A stretch of 64,000 bases of DNA from the human T2T-CHM13v2.0 reference genome, Homo sapiens. The translations under genes were made by a program, and so were the position numbers. The stretch lies in the NCBI RefSeq assembly GCF_009914755.1, contig NC_060938.1, one strand, 5' to 3'. The notes under the pieces were generated by a model. That model did no database searches. It was not told the DNA's origin and saw nothing but the letters and a program-made list of their open reading frames with translations. Below, in pieces: positions 42,950 through 64,000 of the stretch (the first letter of the stretch is position 1; the number at the start of each line of letters is the position of its first letter).

Positions 42950-43395
42950 TGTATTAGTTTTCTAGGGCTGTGGTAACCAATTGCCACAAACTGGATGACC
43001 TTATAAAACAGAAATTATTCTCTCGCAGTTCTTGAGGGCAGAAGTCCAAGATCAAGGTGTCAGCAGGGTTGGTTTCTACTGGAAGCTCCAGGGGAAGAAC
43101 TGTTGCTTGCCCCTCTCCTAGCTTCTGGTAGTTGCCAATAATTCTTGGCACCCCTTGGCAGTAGACTCCAATCTCTGCCACCTTCTTCACATGATGTTCT
43201 CTCCCCTGTGTCTCTGTGTCAAAACTTCCCTCTTCTCATAAGGACACCAGTTGTTGGATGAGGACTCACCCTATCCAATATGGCTTCATTTTAACTTGAT
43301 TACATCTGCAAAGACCCTATTTCCAAATAAGGCCACATTCACAGGTTCTAAGAGGACAGGAATTTGGTGGGGGTAGACGCTATTTAACCCAGTGT
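42950..43395 (-). mobile_element. MLT1 (B/C-like) solo LTR
   Basis: TGTATTAGTTTTCTAGGGCTG...AAGTCCAAGATCAAGGTGTCAGCAGGG...TTTCCAAATAAGGCCACATTC. Confidence 0.8.
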
Positions 43396-43431
43396 ACCAT
43401 CTAAAATGCATCCATCAAAAAACAGAGATTT

Positions 43432-43718
43432 AGGGTGGGCGTGGTGTAATACTAGCACTTTGGGAGGCCGAGGTGGGTGGATCACCTGAGGTCAGGAGTT
43501 CGAGACCAGCCTGGCCAACATAGTGAAACCCTGTCTCTACTAAAAGTACAAAAATTAACCGGGCGTGGTGGCAGGCGCCTATAATCTCAGCTGCTCTGGA
43601 GGCTGAGGCAGGAAAATCACTTGAACCCAGGGGGCGGAGGTTGCAGTGAGCCGAGATTGCACCACTTCGCTCCAGCCTGGGCAACAGAGTGAAACTCCAT
43701 CTCAAAAAAAAAAAAAAA
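43432..43718 (+). mobile_element. AluS
   Basis: Dimeric Alu with a small 5' deletion. Confidence 0.86.
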
Positions 43719-44227
43719 TGGTGACATTTAATCTAACATACACAGGATGAGGCTCAAGCCAGAGAAAATAGTTCTCAGAGGGCACAGCAAAAGCACAGGT
43801 TCCAAAGTAGGAATAGGGTTGGCGGTTTTTGTATGCACAGTGCTAGGGGGCAGTGCACCAGGGCTTCCTGGGCCCACTTCATTAGGTGCAGCAAGTACCA
43901 TGCCCAGGGCCCATGAGACTTTTAGGGGCCCACAAAAAGTGTGCTAATTTCTTTTAAAATCAGAAGGAAACAAATGAAATCTTAGAGTCAATGAATGTGT
44001 TTTTCTTTATAGCATGCAATTGAGAAATATAATGTTTAAATTTTTTTTTTAATGGAGGAAGGGGCCCAGGGAGCCCAGAATGTGGCCCTACTCAGCTCCT
44101 AAGCCGGGATGCACTCATGGTCTGTGCTCCATAGAAATTTATTACATAGATTAGTGGAGCAGAGGCCAGCACAGAGGGCCAGGTCATGGATGGCCTTGGC
44201 CAGGAGTTTGGTTTATCCTCTAAATTC

Positions 44228-45107
<880 letters not shown>

Positions 45108-45159
45108 CAAAAAACGGAGGTGATATGAACATGATTGAGATTAGGAATGAAGGAGAATC

Positions 45160-45687
<528 letters not shown>

Positions 45688-45737
45688 TAACAATATTTTT
45701 GTAATGAAACTTCTTTTAGTATACAGAGATCTTTTTC

Positions 45738-45803
45738 TAGCAATCCTCCTGCCTTGGTCTCCCAAAGTGCTGGGATTATAGGCATGAGCCACCACGCTCT
45801 GTC
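45738..45803 (-). mobile_element. tailless 66-nt Alu 5' fragment with perfect TSD
   Basis: Flanked by CAGAGATCTTTTTC at 45724-45737 and 45804-45817. Confidence 0.85.
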
Positions 45804-46429
45804 CAGAGATCTTTTTCAAAAACTTTTCAATAACAGAATTTTCTAGTTGGTCCTTAATTAATTAGGGCCTTTCTCAAATTCCAGGTAATTACTGATCATC
45901 TGCTCCAAGGAATATGGGAGTGGGAATATGAGGAATATAAGAGAAATGGAAGCTGTGTCTCGTCGTTAGGCTTACAATCCAGTTGGGCAATGCCACCCCA
46001 GCCCCATCTCTTTTTGCTGGGCTTCAGTTTCCTCAACTGTGAAAGAGGATAATAAAATTGAATATGTATGTTTGAGAGATAAATGAAATGAAAACATACA
46101 TAATTTACTTGGGAGAAAAATATTCCACTAGGAGGTTGAAGCTGGCAATCTTGCATGCTAACCTGGACTGTTTTCTATCAAAATAAATGAGGTGGGACTT
46201 TCTGTTTATTTGGTTTTATTATATCTTTATTCCCAAGGTATGGTAATGCAATGATTATTTATATATGCTTAATAGATAAATTAAAATAAAATGATTGTTG
46301 ACATATATAAGTAAGTATTGACATATAAACGAATGAAACTCTTAATCACCACAGAAGCCACTTCTAAGGATAGCTTTTGGAAAGCAAGAAGAGAAACTTC
46401 GCCAACTTCTTTCTATTTCATTATTCAAT

Positions 46430-47370
<941 letters not shown>

Positions 47371-47671
47371 CAACACAAACATCATCACTGTGACCCAGCT
47401 CTGCCTGCTGCTAGAGGAGTGCAGTATCCGGAAACAAGTTAATTAAGCTCTCTGACCCTGAGTTCCTCATCTGTAAAATGGGGAATTATAACAGTACCCA
47501 CTCCTCCAGGAATGCAATCAACTTAAATGAGATGACAGTGTGCAAAGCATTTGCTTTGCCTTGGTGGCACCCAGCAAGCACTCGGGAAAGGTAAGTTTCT
47601 AGAATCATCATTCACTGGCCCCCTGACTCTAATTTTCTCTTACCATTTGGGAAATTTCTGTTTCCTTGCAG

Positions 47672-47860
47672 TTTCTATCTAACTGTGTAGTTGGGGCTTC
47701 GCTTGAAGAAATTACAGAGGAAGAGGAAGAGGAAGATGAAAATAAGTCAGCTATGCTGGAAGCTTCCTCAACCAAAGTGAAGGAAGGCACATTCCAGATT
47801 GTGGGCACGCTGTCCAAGCCTGACAGCCCGCGGCCTGACTTTGCGGTGGAGACGTACTCT
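47672..47860 (+). CDS. AK7: AK7 exon 2 (aa 36-98)
   Basis: Acceptor TTTCCTTGCAG|. Translates [25 protein letters not shown]...DFAVETYS. Donor TCT|GTAAGT. 189 nt, phase 0-0. Confidence 0.96.
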
Positions 47861-48196
47861 GTAAGTCCCGGAGGCTCTGGCCAGGAGTAGACAGAGGGAA
47901 GAGTCACCTTCCGCTCCAACGCCTTGACAACTTGTTTTACTGTTTGCCTCCCCTCCCCTCTCTTCCACAGACATGGCCAGGTTGAGGGAATGGCTTTCTC
48001 CTGTAATGGAGATTTACCTCACAGACCCCACTTTTAATTTTCGGCCAAAGCAAAGAGTTTAAATTAGATAGTGTTGGAAAGGATGGATCTAAGTTGGACT
48101 TTCAGACTCATACAGTTCTCCTCTTCAGCATATTCTGCCTTGCATTATCCAAGACGAGTCTGTGCCATGATGGGTGCCATCTGTGAAGGAGAAATA

Positions 48197-48315
48197 GGCC
48201 AGGCGCGGTGGCTTACGCCTGTAATCCCAGCACTTTGGGAGGCTGAGGAGGGAGGATCGCTTAAGGCCAGGGGTTCGAGACCAGCCTGGGCAACATAGCA
48301 AGATCCTGTCTCTTA
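48197..48315 (+). mobile_element. FLAM_C
   Basis: Left-arm monomer. Confidence 0.8.
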
Positions 48316-48529
48316 TATTTATGAAAATAATTTTTTAAGAGAAACATCCTTTGGTAATGCACCACTCAGGAATAATATACCACTGCTGTCTCCAGAAACA
48401 ATGCTGTCTCCACGTGACAAATTCAACACAGTCCTAGTCCTGAGACATTTAAATGTCTGAGAAGAAGTGGCCCTCTTCTTCTCCTGGGCCAACTCCTCCC
48501 TTACCCTGCCTGCTACTCTCTGGAGCCTA

Positions 48530-50800
<2,271 letters not shown>

Positions 50801-51216
50801 ACTCTGTGACAGTAGATGTGGGGACAGAGGCATGCACAGAGCATCACCCAAGGCTCTCTGAAAGGGGCACCTAAGGAATTCTCAGTCTTATCTAGAGAGA
50901 CAGGCAAATGAAGCTTCAAATCCCTCCTGCCAAACAGATCGGGGCCTCCTGTGCTCTGATCTTGAGATCCTGGAGCCTCCATTAGCACAAAGTCCTGCAG
51001 ATGGCCCTCCCTTGGAAGGTTGGGATCTACTGGAGATGGTGGGGCTGAGGCTGGTCTTCCGTGGTTGAGTGGAGCTTGCAAGACAAGTAAGGGAGGAAGG
51101 AAACACCATGCAAGGGGGAATGCCTGGGAAAGTATATGGTGCGCTGTGGCAGAGAAAGAGCATGGGTTATGGGAACCACAGGGAAGACACAAAGGTGGCA
51201 GAAAAGGTGGGGGAGA

Positions 51217-51272
51217 GTGCTCGCTTCAGCGGCACATATGCTCAAATTGGAATGATACAGAGAAGACCAGCA
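51217..51272 (+). pseudogene. 3'-truncated U6 snRNA retrocopy
   Basis: GTGCTCGCTTCAGCGGCACATATGCTCAAATTGGAATGATACAGAGAAGACCAGCA corresponds to U6 nt 1-56. TSD AAAAGGTGGGGGAGA / AAAAGGTGAGGGAAA. Confidence 0.92.
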
Positions 51273-51781
51273 AAAAATGAATAAAAGGTGAGGGAAAGGT
51301 GAGAATGGAAACCGTTAGCCTGGTTCAGGTTATGAAAGGTGCCTCTACCTGGCTCAACAAGTCACCTGCTATTCCCTGAGCATTCTGGGCTCTGCCAGGT
51401 GAGCTTGTATTCATCCTTCCAGCCCAACTCAAATATCTTCTCCTATGAGACAAAATCATGTCTTTCTCTTAGTCCATTGAATCTCAGATGTACCTCTATG
51501 ACAGCCCTTTCCACATTTGGGTCTTCTGTGTCTGGCTGTACAGGTTGCACACTGTACAAGAGTGCCTGGCTAAGGGCGTGAGTAGGGGCTGAAGAGCAGC
51601 CTGTTATGTTGGCTGTCCTGGGCCCCAGAGTTTAGCCCTTCTTATAATTTTTTCACCAAGCAGGTTACCTTTTTTCTCATTTGTACAACGGCTTCATATG
51701 TGCTTGGTTGGGCCCTTGTCTACATTAGACCATAATTATTTGGTATAATATAAATCTTCTCAAGAAAGTGCATACACAGAT

Positions 51782-51782
<1 letters not shown>

Positions 51783-51816
<34 letters not shown>
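51783..51816. repeat. (CA)17 microsatellite
   Basis: Directly visible in the sequence. Confidence 0.95.
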
Positions 51817-51818
<2 letters not shown>

Positions 51819-52311
51819 TCTTCTTAGTATCAGCAGCTATATATTATTCATTTTTGCCTCTATTACTACAGTCAAAAGCAGGGCCCACAAATGTTTGTTG
51901 GGTGAACAAATGAATGCACAAAAATGGTCAGTCCCCATCGGGTCAGGACAACCATTCTCCTGAAAATGCGGCTGTTTCATCTTAAATAGAGCCAACCATA
52001 ATTTGACACGTGTGCGTGTTTTTCTGTGGACACCACTCCCACCTGCTTTTACAAGCTGGAAACATAGATGCTGTATCTTCTTTCTCTTGGGCCACATCTA
52101 GAATACACATCTTTGAGTCCTCGTATTCTCCCAGTGTTTTCTTCTTTTCTTTCATGTGTCATTTCTGGATCTTGATCCATCCTAGGTGTACTGGGAAGGT
52201 AGTTTCCTTTCCCACTGTCATGCTACTGGTAAAGTAAAAATCAATGTTTGGATCAAAATTGTCAGTGGCTTCCCTCTTGCACATTCAGCCAAGAGAAGGA
52301 AGTGAATGGCT

Positions 52312-52710
52312 GGTGGTATGGGTCGAGTTGTTTCTCCCCCACCCCCAAGAGATATATTGAAATCCTAACCCCCAGTATTTCTGAATATGGCCATATTTGG
52401 AGATAGGGTGTTTGCAGAGGAAATCCAATTAAATGGAGGTCATCAGCCAGGCGCAGTAGCTCACGCCTGTAATCCCAGTACTTTGGGAGGCCAAGCGGGC
52501 GGATCACCTGAGGTCAGGAGTTCAAGACCAACCCGGCCAACATTGTGAAACCCCGTCTGTACTAAAAATACAAAAATAGTGGGTGCCTGTAATCCCAGCT
52601 ACTCGGGAGGCTGAGGCAGGGAGAATTGCTTGAATCTGGGAGGTGGAGGTTGCAGTGAGCTGAGATTGTGCCACTGCACTCCAGCCTGGGCAACAGAGCA
52701 AGACTCTGTC

Positions 52711-52750
<40 letters not shown>

Positions 52751-53082
52751 ATGGAGGTCATTAAAGTGGTCTTATCATCCAATATGACCAGTGAGCTTAT
52801 AAAAAGGGGAAATTTAGACACAGATGGCACACAGGTAGAACATCATGTGAATATCAAGGTGGAGATCAGGGTGATGCATATACAAGACGAGGAACAGATT
52901 GCCAGCAAACAAGCAGAAGCTAGAGGAGAGGCACAGAACAGACTCTCCCTCTCAGCCCTTAGAGGGAACCAACCCTACAACACCTTGATCCTGGGTTTTT
53001 AGCTTCCAGAACAGTGAGACTTTGGTTGTTCAAGCCATGCAGTTTGTGGCAGTTTGTTACAACAGCCCTAGAAAACTAATGC
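52312..53082 (+). mobile_element. MLT1 (B/C-like) LTR with nested AluS (52446-52751, (TAAA)n tail)
   Basis: The Alu has TSD AAATGGAGGTCAT. The LTR ends CAGCCCTAGAAAACTAATGCA. Confidence 0.82.
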
Positions 53083-53458
53083 AGATTCATCCAAAAGAAT
53101 CTAGGGAACAGGGCTGGAGAAACTAGCAACCTAGTGCATGCTGTTGAATTTAACAAGGACGTATTAACCTTGCCAAGGCAGAACTGTCATTTCCTAAGGA
53201 AAGGCATCAACTTCCCTTTGTTTTTCAATAAAGGAAGAGACCCAGCTTGGTCTAAAAGGTTCTGCTTTAATACAGTTGGTCAAGGAACTGCGGAAAATAG
53301 CTGATGTTCAGGACAATGGGAATAACAACTAATGCAAATCTTAGTTTGGAAATGCGGGGTCCTTTTATGGTTCTCTTAATGCACTCAAGGTATTGTACTA
53401 TTGGGAAGTGTACTGGTATTCATGCAGCAAGGATTGACTAGTTAAAACACAATGATCA

Positions 53459-53770
<312 letters not shown>

Positions 53771-54353
53771 CACCAAAAATGATCAGCAAAGCAGCAAAGT
53801 TACTTCTATTTAATGTATAAACTTTACATTTTTAATCATTAAAAGTTTCTGTATTTTTAAAATATTCCCGGCTGTCAACTGTAATAAGGTACCTTACATC
53901 TAGAAAGAGAACAGATTAAATCCATCTTGAGAATTCTATGACAATCCACATTCATCATTCATCAGCACTTCTGAGTGATTCGTGGTATATAATTGCTCAA
54001 ATAATCTTGCATAGAGTTTGAATTAGTTTTAAATGCCTCACTCATTTTCTTTCAGTGTGTTCTAATTCTTCCCTTCTGAATTGGAGTTTAAACAGCATGC
54101 AGAAATAGAACCTAAGATTATTATGCAATTTTTAAATCATCTGTTCCAAGCTGTTTTCATAAACTTCTTTGTTACTTGAAAACTACACACAGAAGAGAGT
54201 CACAATTTCATTTTAAATAGAAATCCTCCTGCAAGTGTTTCCTGTGGGACTCCTCAGTGTAGCATATGTATTTTGAAAATTATCATTTCATTGAAATATG
54301 AAGGTTACCTTGTTAGCGTCTTGCTGCAAATGGCTGTCAATTTTCTTTTTCAG

Positions 54354-54462
54354 GCCATCTCTCGAGAAGACCTTCTCATGCGCCTGCTGGAGTGTGATGT
54401 TATTATTTATAACATCACTGAGAGCTCACAGCAAATGGAGGAAGCCATCTGGGCAGTCTCTG
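54354..54462 (+). CDS. AK7: AK7 exon 3
   Basis: Acceptor TTTTCTTTTTCAG|. Translates [36 protein letters not shown]. Donor CTG|GTCAGT. 109 nt, ends phase 1. Confidence 0.94.
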
Positions 54463-54661
54463 GTCAGTGAGGTGTACTCTTTTATCTCCAGGGATGCTAT
54501 TGTAGTGCTGCCTACTTCACCTAATAGTCATCTAGGAACACTAGACAAAGTAGGGCTATAGAAAAACTGGTCTGAGACTTACCTAAAGTATGAAATCCAT
54601 GATAATAATATGGATAGATACTTCTGAAGAATAGAATATTTTTAATTATCAAAAAAATGAA

Positions 54662-55080
54662 GGCCGGCACACTGACTCATGCCTGTAATCCTAATACTTT
54701 GGGAGGCCGAGGTGGGAGGATTATTGAGCCCAGGAGTTCAAGACCAGCCTGGACAACGTGACAAGACCTCGTCTCTACAAAAATAATAAAATAAAATAAA
54801 TATATGTTTTTAAAATGAAACATTACCAGGCTGAAGTGACCTGATCATAGCTCACTACAGCCTCGAACTCCTGGGCTCAAGAGATCCTCCTGCCTCAGCC
54901 TCTTGAGTAGCTGGCACTACAGGCTTGTGCCACCATACCCCAGCTAATTTTTTTTTTTTTGGCAGAGATGGGGACTTGCTATGTTGTCCAGGCTGGTCTC
55001 AAACCCCTGGCCTCAAGCCATCCTCCAGCCTCAGCCTCCCAAAGCACTGGAGTTACAGGCGTGAGCCACAATGCCTTACC
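54662..55080. mobile_element. FLAM/Alu left arm (+) followed by partial AluJ (-)
   Basis: Oppositely oriented Alu sequences just downstream of AK7 exon 3. Confidence 0.8.
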
Positions 55081-55402
55081 AAAACATTTAACTTTTAAAA
55101 TGCAACCTGACTCATTCCATAGGCGCTGCTTAAGGAGGTGGGGTTGAATGTACAGGGCAGATACAAAGACAGATAAGAAAAGGTACCCCAAGGCACAAGT
55201 CATCACACAAGAGACAAGGCACCCAAGAGAAACTTTAACTCAACAAAGGGGGGTGCGCTCACAAGGAAGTTGTGTATAAGAGCCACGTGACTTTAAGAGG
55301 GGAGGAATTATTTCCAACTCTAAATATTTGATTCAATTCAACAAATGTTCCCTGATGCCAAAGGTCAAGGAAGGCTTGTAGAGAGTGCTTGTATTTTGAA
55401 AG

Positions 55403-55857
<455 letters not shown>

Positions 55858-56288
55858 TGATTGTGAATTTCAGACATTAACCACTGACTTCCTGCTGTCA
55901 CAGATGGGCATTGGCCTTTCTTAGGACCACCCTCTCCCCCTCAAGGAAATGTAACCTTTTCTCAAGCTTTGACACTGCATTTCCTTTCATGAGCTTTAAA
56001 ATGTAGAGTGTTTTACTGCTTCCTTCTAATAAAGAGGTTCGAATCATCAAGAAAATTTTCCTTTTCTATTTAGAGGAAAACTTTTAGCTGAATTACTTCA
56101 TTTTTGAGATATAGAGTGTTTGTGTCTGCAAGAAAATATAGTCAGAGATCCTTCAATCTGTCACCAGAGTCACCTGGGGGGTATGGGGTTGGTAGGGCAT
56201 GAGGTTGGTAAGGGATGGGGACTTTGTCATTTTACCTACTGCACATTCTTAGATTTTGTTTTTCTCGCAATGGATATGTATTCCTTTC

Positions 56289-57469
<1,181 letters not shown>

Positions 57470-58437
57470 GATATGTTTCTTGAAAATTATACATCATGAA
57501 GAATATGTTAATGGAATCCCTTAGCCAAATACATTCAAGGAGAATCAATGCTTAAATGTGTAGAGAGCCTTTTTGCAAAGCAGCAAACCCTTTGGAAATA
57601 AAATGCTCTCCTTTCTCTCCACCTCTATCCTAAATATGAATCCCTACAAGTTGTTGATTACCAAACGTTTCTGCCTTATCAGTGCTCTCCACTACAGCCC
57701 ACAGCCCCAGGGGTGGAGTGGGAAGGGTGGGCACACCCCGAATTACTTCCTTCCACCATGGCTTTCACTGAACAGGGTTGCCTTATGGGAACTCCTAAGA
57801 GGCCCTTACTTTCTGATGTGGGGCCTCTGCTGCCCCATCCCCAGCCTGCTCCCTTTTCTGGGCAGCTGGCTAGGTGGCATGGTGGGTACAGCATGGGCCT
57901 GGCACCCAGACAGCCTGGATTGGACTCTGCCCCATCACTTCCCTCTATGATCCTGGGCAAACTGTGCCTCGGTTTCTGCATCTGTAACCCAGAATACCTA
58001 TCTCATAGTGGGGGGAATTCAACAAAGCCCATGAGTTGTTCTAATAAGGATCCTATGATCCTTACTGTCACCAGCCCTCCCAAAAAGTAAAAGCACATGG
58101 CCAGAGGCCAGAAAACAGAAAGGGGCCACAATTCTGAGCTCAGCTCAGAAGGGATCAGGCAACTGATGAGCATAGTGGAGAGAAAGGGCTGCAGTGGAGA
58201 GCACTGATGAGACTGAAATGCTTGGTTGTGAACAACCTGCCGGGATCCGTATTTCGGATACAGGTAGCGAGAAAGCAGGGGGAATTTGAAGAACGGTGAT
58301 GGGAACAGGTCAAAGAAGCATCAGAGGTAACAGCACCCTGGTGTTAAGTGGCTCCTACTGGTGACTAATAGTACACGTGATTTAGAAACCAAGTTGTGCA
58401 TGGGTCCAAATAACCACTCTGCTTTTTGGCCCCACAG

Positions 58438-58532
58438 CACTCAGTGAAGAAGTCAGCCACTTTGAAAAGCGAAAGCTATTTATTTTACTGTCGACGGTGA
58501 TGACTTGGGCGCGCTCCAAAGCCCTGGACCCC
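58438..58532 (+). CDS. AK7: AK7 exon 4
   Basis: Acceptor CCCCACAG|. Phase-1 continuation (A)[31 protein letters not shown]. Donor CCC|GTAAGT. 95 nt, giving a cumulative CDS of 498 nt in frame. Confidence 0.93.
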
Positions 58533-58829
58533 GTAAGTAGAGCGTTAGCTTTCCTTTAGGTAACATTTCAGCCATAACACCTTGTAATCTGTGTGTGGAG
58601 GGAACTTCCTATGGCGAGTTGTGTATTCTCCCACTCCTGAATCCTATCCCATAATAAGCACCCAGCAGAGTTTACTGACTCTAAGCACATTCAATTCTAA
58701 GGGATTTCATTGTTTTATATGCCTCTAAGAAGGAAAAATATGCTGCCTATGAAACTATAGCAAAGCTTGCTTATCACTTATGGTATGTATTTTAAACATA
58801 TTGAAAGAGCTCTCTTTTAGACTTACTTA

Positions 58830-59285
<456 letters not shown>

Positions 59286-60312
59286 TCAGTATAAAACTCC
59301 TGAAGTACGTGGTTATTACATTGCAAGAAAACATGAGCCACAGTCATTCTTCCAACATTCTCTTGACTAATGTAAAATTGACGTTTGGTGCTCTGTTTCT
59401 GTGCCTTTGTGCCTATGCACTACCTTTCCATTTCAGTGCTGAATCACGGTACACTCTTTTAAAAGGCAATTAAATCAACGCGAGTAGTTGACTCAACTTG
59501 AAGTGATAACAATAGCAATGGTGTGTTCAAGGTCACTGAGTCACCGGCAGCGACATTGCCAGCGATTCCTGGCTGACCACAATGATACACCATTGATCCC
59601 AGATATGTTCTAATTTCAGAAATGCTAAATGTGAAAAAGTGAATGATATGGTCAATGGAATATATTATATATAACAAGGAGATATTTAGGGATTCATCAC
59701 ACTTATTGCATCAAATGCTTTGTATTTGTTTAATTGTCTCTCCCCTGGTGGACTGAGAACCCCTTGAGGGCAGGGACCACAGGTTTCATGCTCTTTCCTT
59801 GTAAAGTTTACTCAACTACTTTGGATGCCATCACCTCAAGGAGCAGGTCATGGTCATTTTATTCCTGTTATAATCCCTTCCCTCAGAGCGTCCAGCTAAG
59901 TGTCCACTATAAAACAATTATGAGTCAATGGACTGGCTGACCACTGTGCTAGCTTCCGGACTGATTGTCCCAACCAAAGTAAGCAAAATAATGAACAAGT
60001 TCAACAACGGACTTCAGGAACAGCTGGGCCCAGAGGATTCAACGATGTCCTCAGTGCTCACTGACTCTCTCTCTTTCTTTTATGGTTTCTTTTCTGCTCT
60101 GAGTAGACTTCACTCTCTAGTAAGCCTCCTACACTGAATGGACTGAGAATGGAGAAGAGATGGTTCCCCAAAGAAAACATGGAGCAGTGGCTCCTGTGTT
60201 AGCTCCTGTCCTTGTGGCATGCCCTCATCCTGTCACTGTGGTTTTAATTTGCATTTCCCCAATGACAAATGATGGTTTTAAATGATTTATCAAGGTATAA
60301 TCAGTGTACTAA

Positions 60313-62454
<2,142 letters not shown>

Positions 62455-62659
62455 ACACAGGAAGTTTTAACAGCCAAGGAAACCGGTTCTAAGTAAAGAA
62501 AGAGTCACTAACATAATAGGTTGGAAAAAAATCATTGTCAGCTGATGACCTTATAAAAGATAAGCTCTGTCACTATGAAAAATGTCCCAACAGCAGCCCT
62601 TCTGAGCACCCCCAGTACACAAATTGTATTCTGTAAGTCTGTTTTCCAGTAGAAGTTAA

Positions 62660-64000
62660 CTCCAGGACTCTGGAGTTGGGAGGGAGTTGATTCTGTGTCT
62701 TGGGCCAGTGAAAACTGGGATAGGCTGGAACCTATTGTTGATGCTACAGAGCCAAGATCTGTTCAGAGATGTCCTGAGTAGGCCTGAGAGGACAAAGAGG
62801 GTCCCCACCAGCCACACTGTGAGAAGGCGAGCATCGCAAAAGTGATTCTGTCTGTTGGTTGCTTCCCACCTGCCCCTCCAGAGCCACTCTCTGCTCTTCT
62901 CCACCCTGCTCCAAACTTGTAGTCTAGATCAGTAAGCAACCTTGTCCTCTGCTCCCAACTGGGTTTGGCCAGTGGGGCTCACTGGTGAGAGGATAGGGGA
63001 ATTGAGAAGAATGAGGTCAGATCACTTATTCCCCTAGCTCCCTTCGGCAGAGTTGCTGTGGGTAGGCTGAGTCTCTGAACCCAAGCCACTGCGCCTGCCG
63101 GGCAACCCCTGTCCCTGGGCTCTAATCGTTGCCTGCCCACTCAACACGTTTGGATTTAGGAGTAGTACAGAGCACCTGTTCCTGGCTCCAGGTGACGTGG
63201 TTTCCCTACACCCTGCCCACATCTTCGTAAACAGTCCTGTTATTAAACTCTCTTGAAATTACCCAACATTGAATATGCTGTTTCTTTCCCACGAGGATCC
63301 TGACTAATACATTATGCTTAATTGAAATCAGTTGAGTATGTGAAAAGCCATGACTCCATAATGTAACTCAGAAAAGTGAATATTAGATTGTTGTAAATGC
63401 TACTGGCTTCCTGTCATGATGCCACCCCACTGTCTTCCTTGCCAGCAGAGCCATGACTTGTTAAGTTCAAGTGTCCACACTGCCCATGAAATCTAGAGAA
63501 GGGAGATTCTATTCCCATTCCAGGGGAAAATCCTGATTGATCCAAACTAGCCATGATGGTTCTATTCTTCTTGCCGATGATTGGCTAAGGGGTGGGCATG
63601 CAATCCAATTTTGGGATGTGGGATGTAACAAACCTACCCCCAAAATGTAGAGTGGCTTACACATGGAGGAAGTTTGTACCTTGCTCAGGTAAAATGTAAA
63701 ACAAGTGTTGCTGATGATCAAGTCAGTCTTCTCCCAACTCTGATTCAAGATCCAGGCTCCTTCTGTTGGATGGCTCCAACGCCTTCCAGAATTACCTCTG
63801 GGGCTGTCGTGCACACTTGCATCAGGCCTGTGGAGGGGAGAGAAACACAAAAGATTATGCATGGGAAGCTTTATGAACCAGGCTTGGAAGAGATGCTCAT
63901 CACTTCTGCAAATTTCTTTGACTAAAACTCAGCCCATAGCTGAGGAGCCCGGAATATGTAGTCTAACTGCATCCAGGAAATCAGTCTGGTTTAGTCTCTG
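62660..64000. mobile_element. old ERVL/MaLR LTR fragments
   Basis: LTR-like 3' end ATTAAACTCTCTTGAAATTACCC...GGATCCTGACTAATACA, and MLT1-like GATTGGCTAAGGGGTGGGCATG and GTAACAAACCTACCCCAAAAT. Confidence 0.5.

Overview
This is human (primate) genomic DNA, recognisable as the 14q32.2 ATG2B-GSKIP-AK7 locus. It contains ATG2B exon 1 on the minus strand plus part of its intron 1. GSKIP (139 aa, two coding exons) is complete and lies head-to-head with ATG2B on a shared CpG-island promoter. AK7 has its promoter and coding exons 1-4 here. The rest is largely interspersed repeats: about 45 Alu copies or monomers, L1/L2/MIR, a full-length Tigger3b, Tigger2a, a Charlie-like hAT, and an LTR-int-LTR MST (MaLR) provirus. 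There is also a full-length U2 retropseudogene and 3'-truncated retrocopies of U6, tRNA-Glu and Alu. I found no new protein-coding system; almost all extra ORFs are Alu, L1 or CpG-island artefacts. The most unusual signals are: (1) locally templated insertions and duplications (53 nt copied into an Alu from 1.4 kb away, a duplicated AluY junction, a ~140 bp tandem duplication); (2) a TSD-flanked, poly(A)-tailed insert of unknown origin inside an old L1; (3) three tailless Pol III retrocopies; (4) strong-Kozak uORFs in the ATG2B leader; (5) CLEAR/FOXO-like motifs in ATG2B intron 1; and (6) a possible cryptic AK7 exon. Gene names and repeat subfamilies are from recognition, not database searches, and repeat boundaries are approximate.
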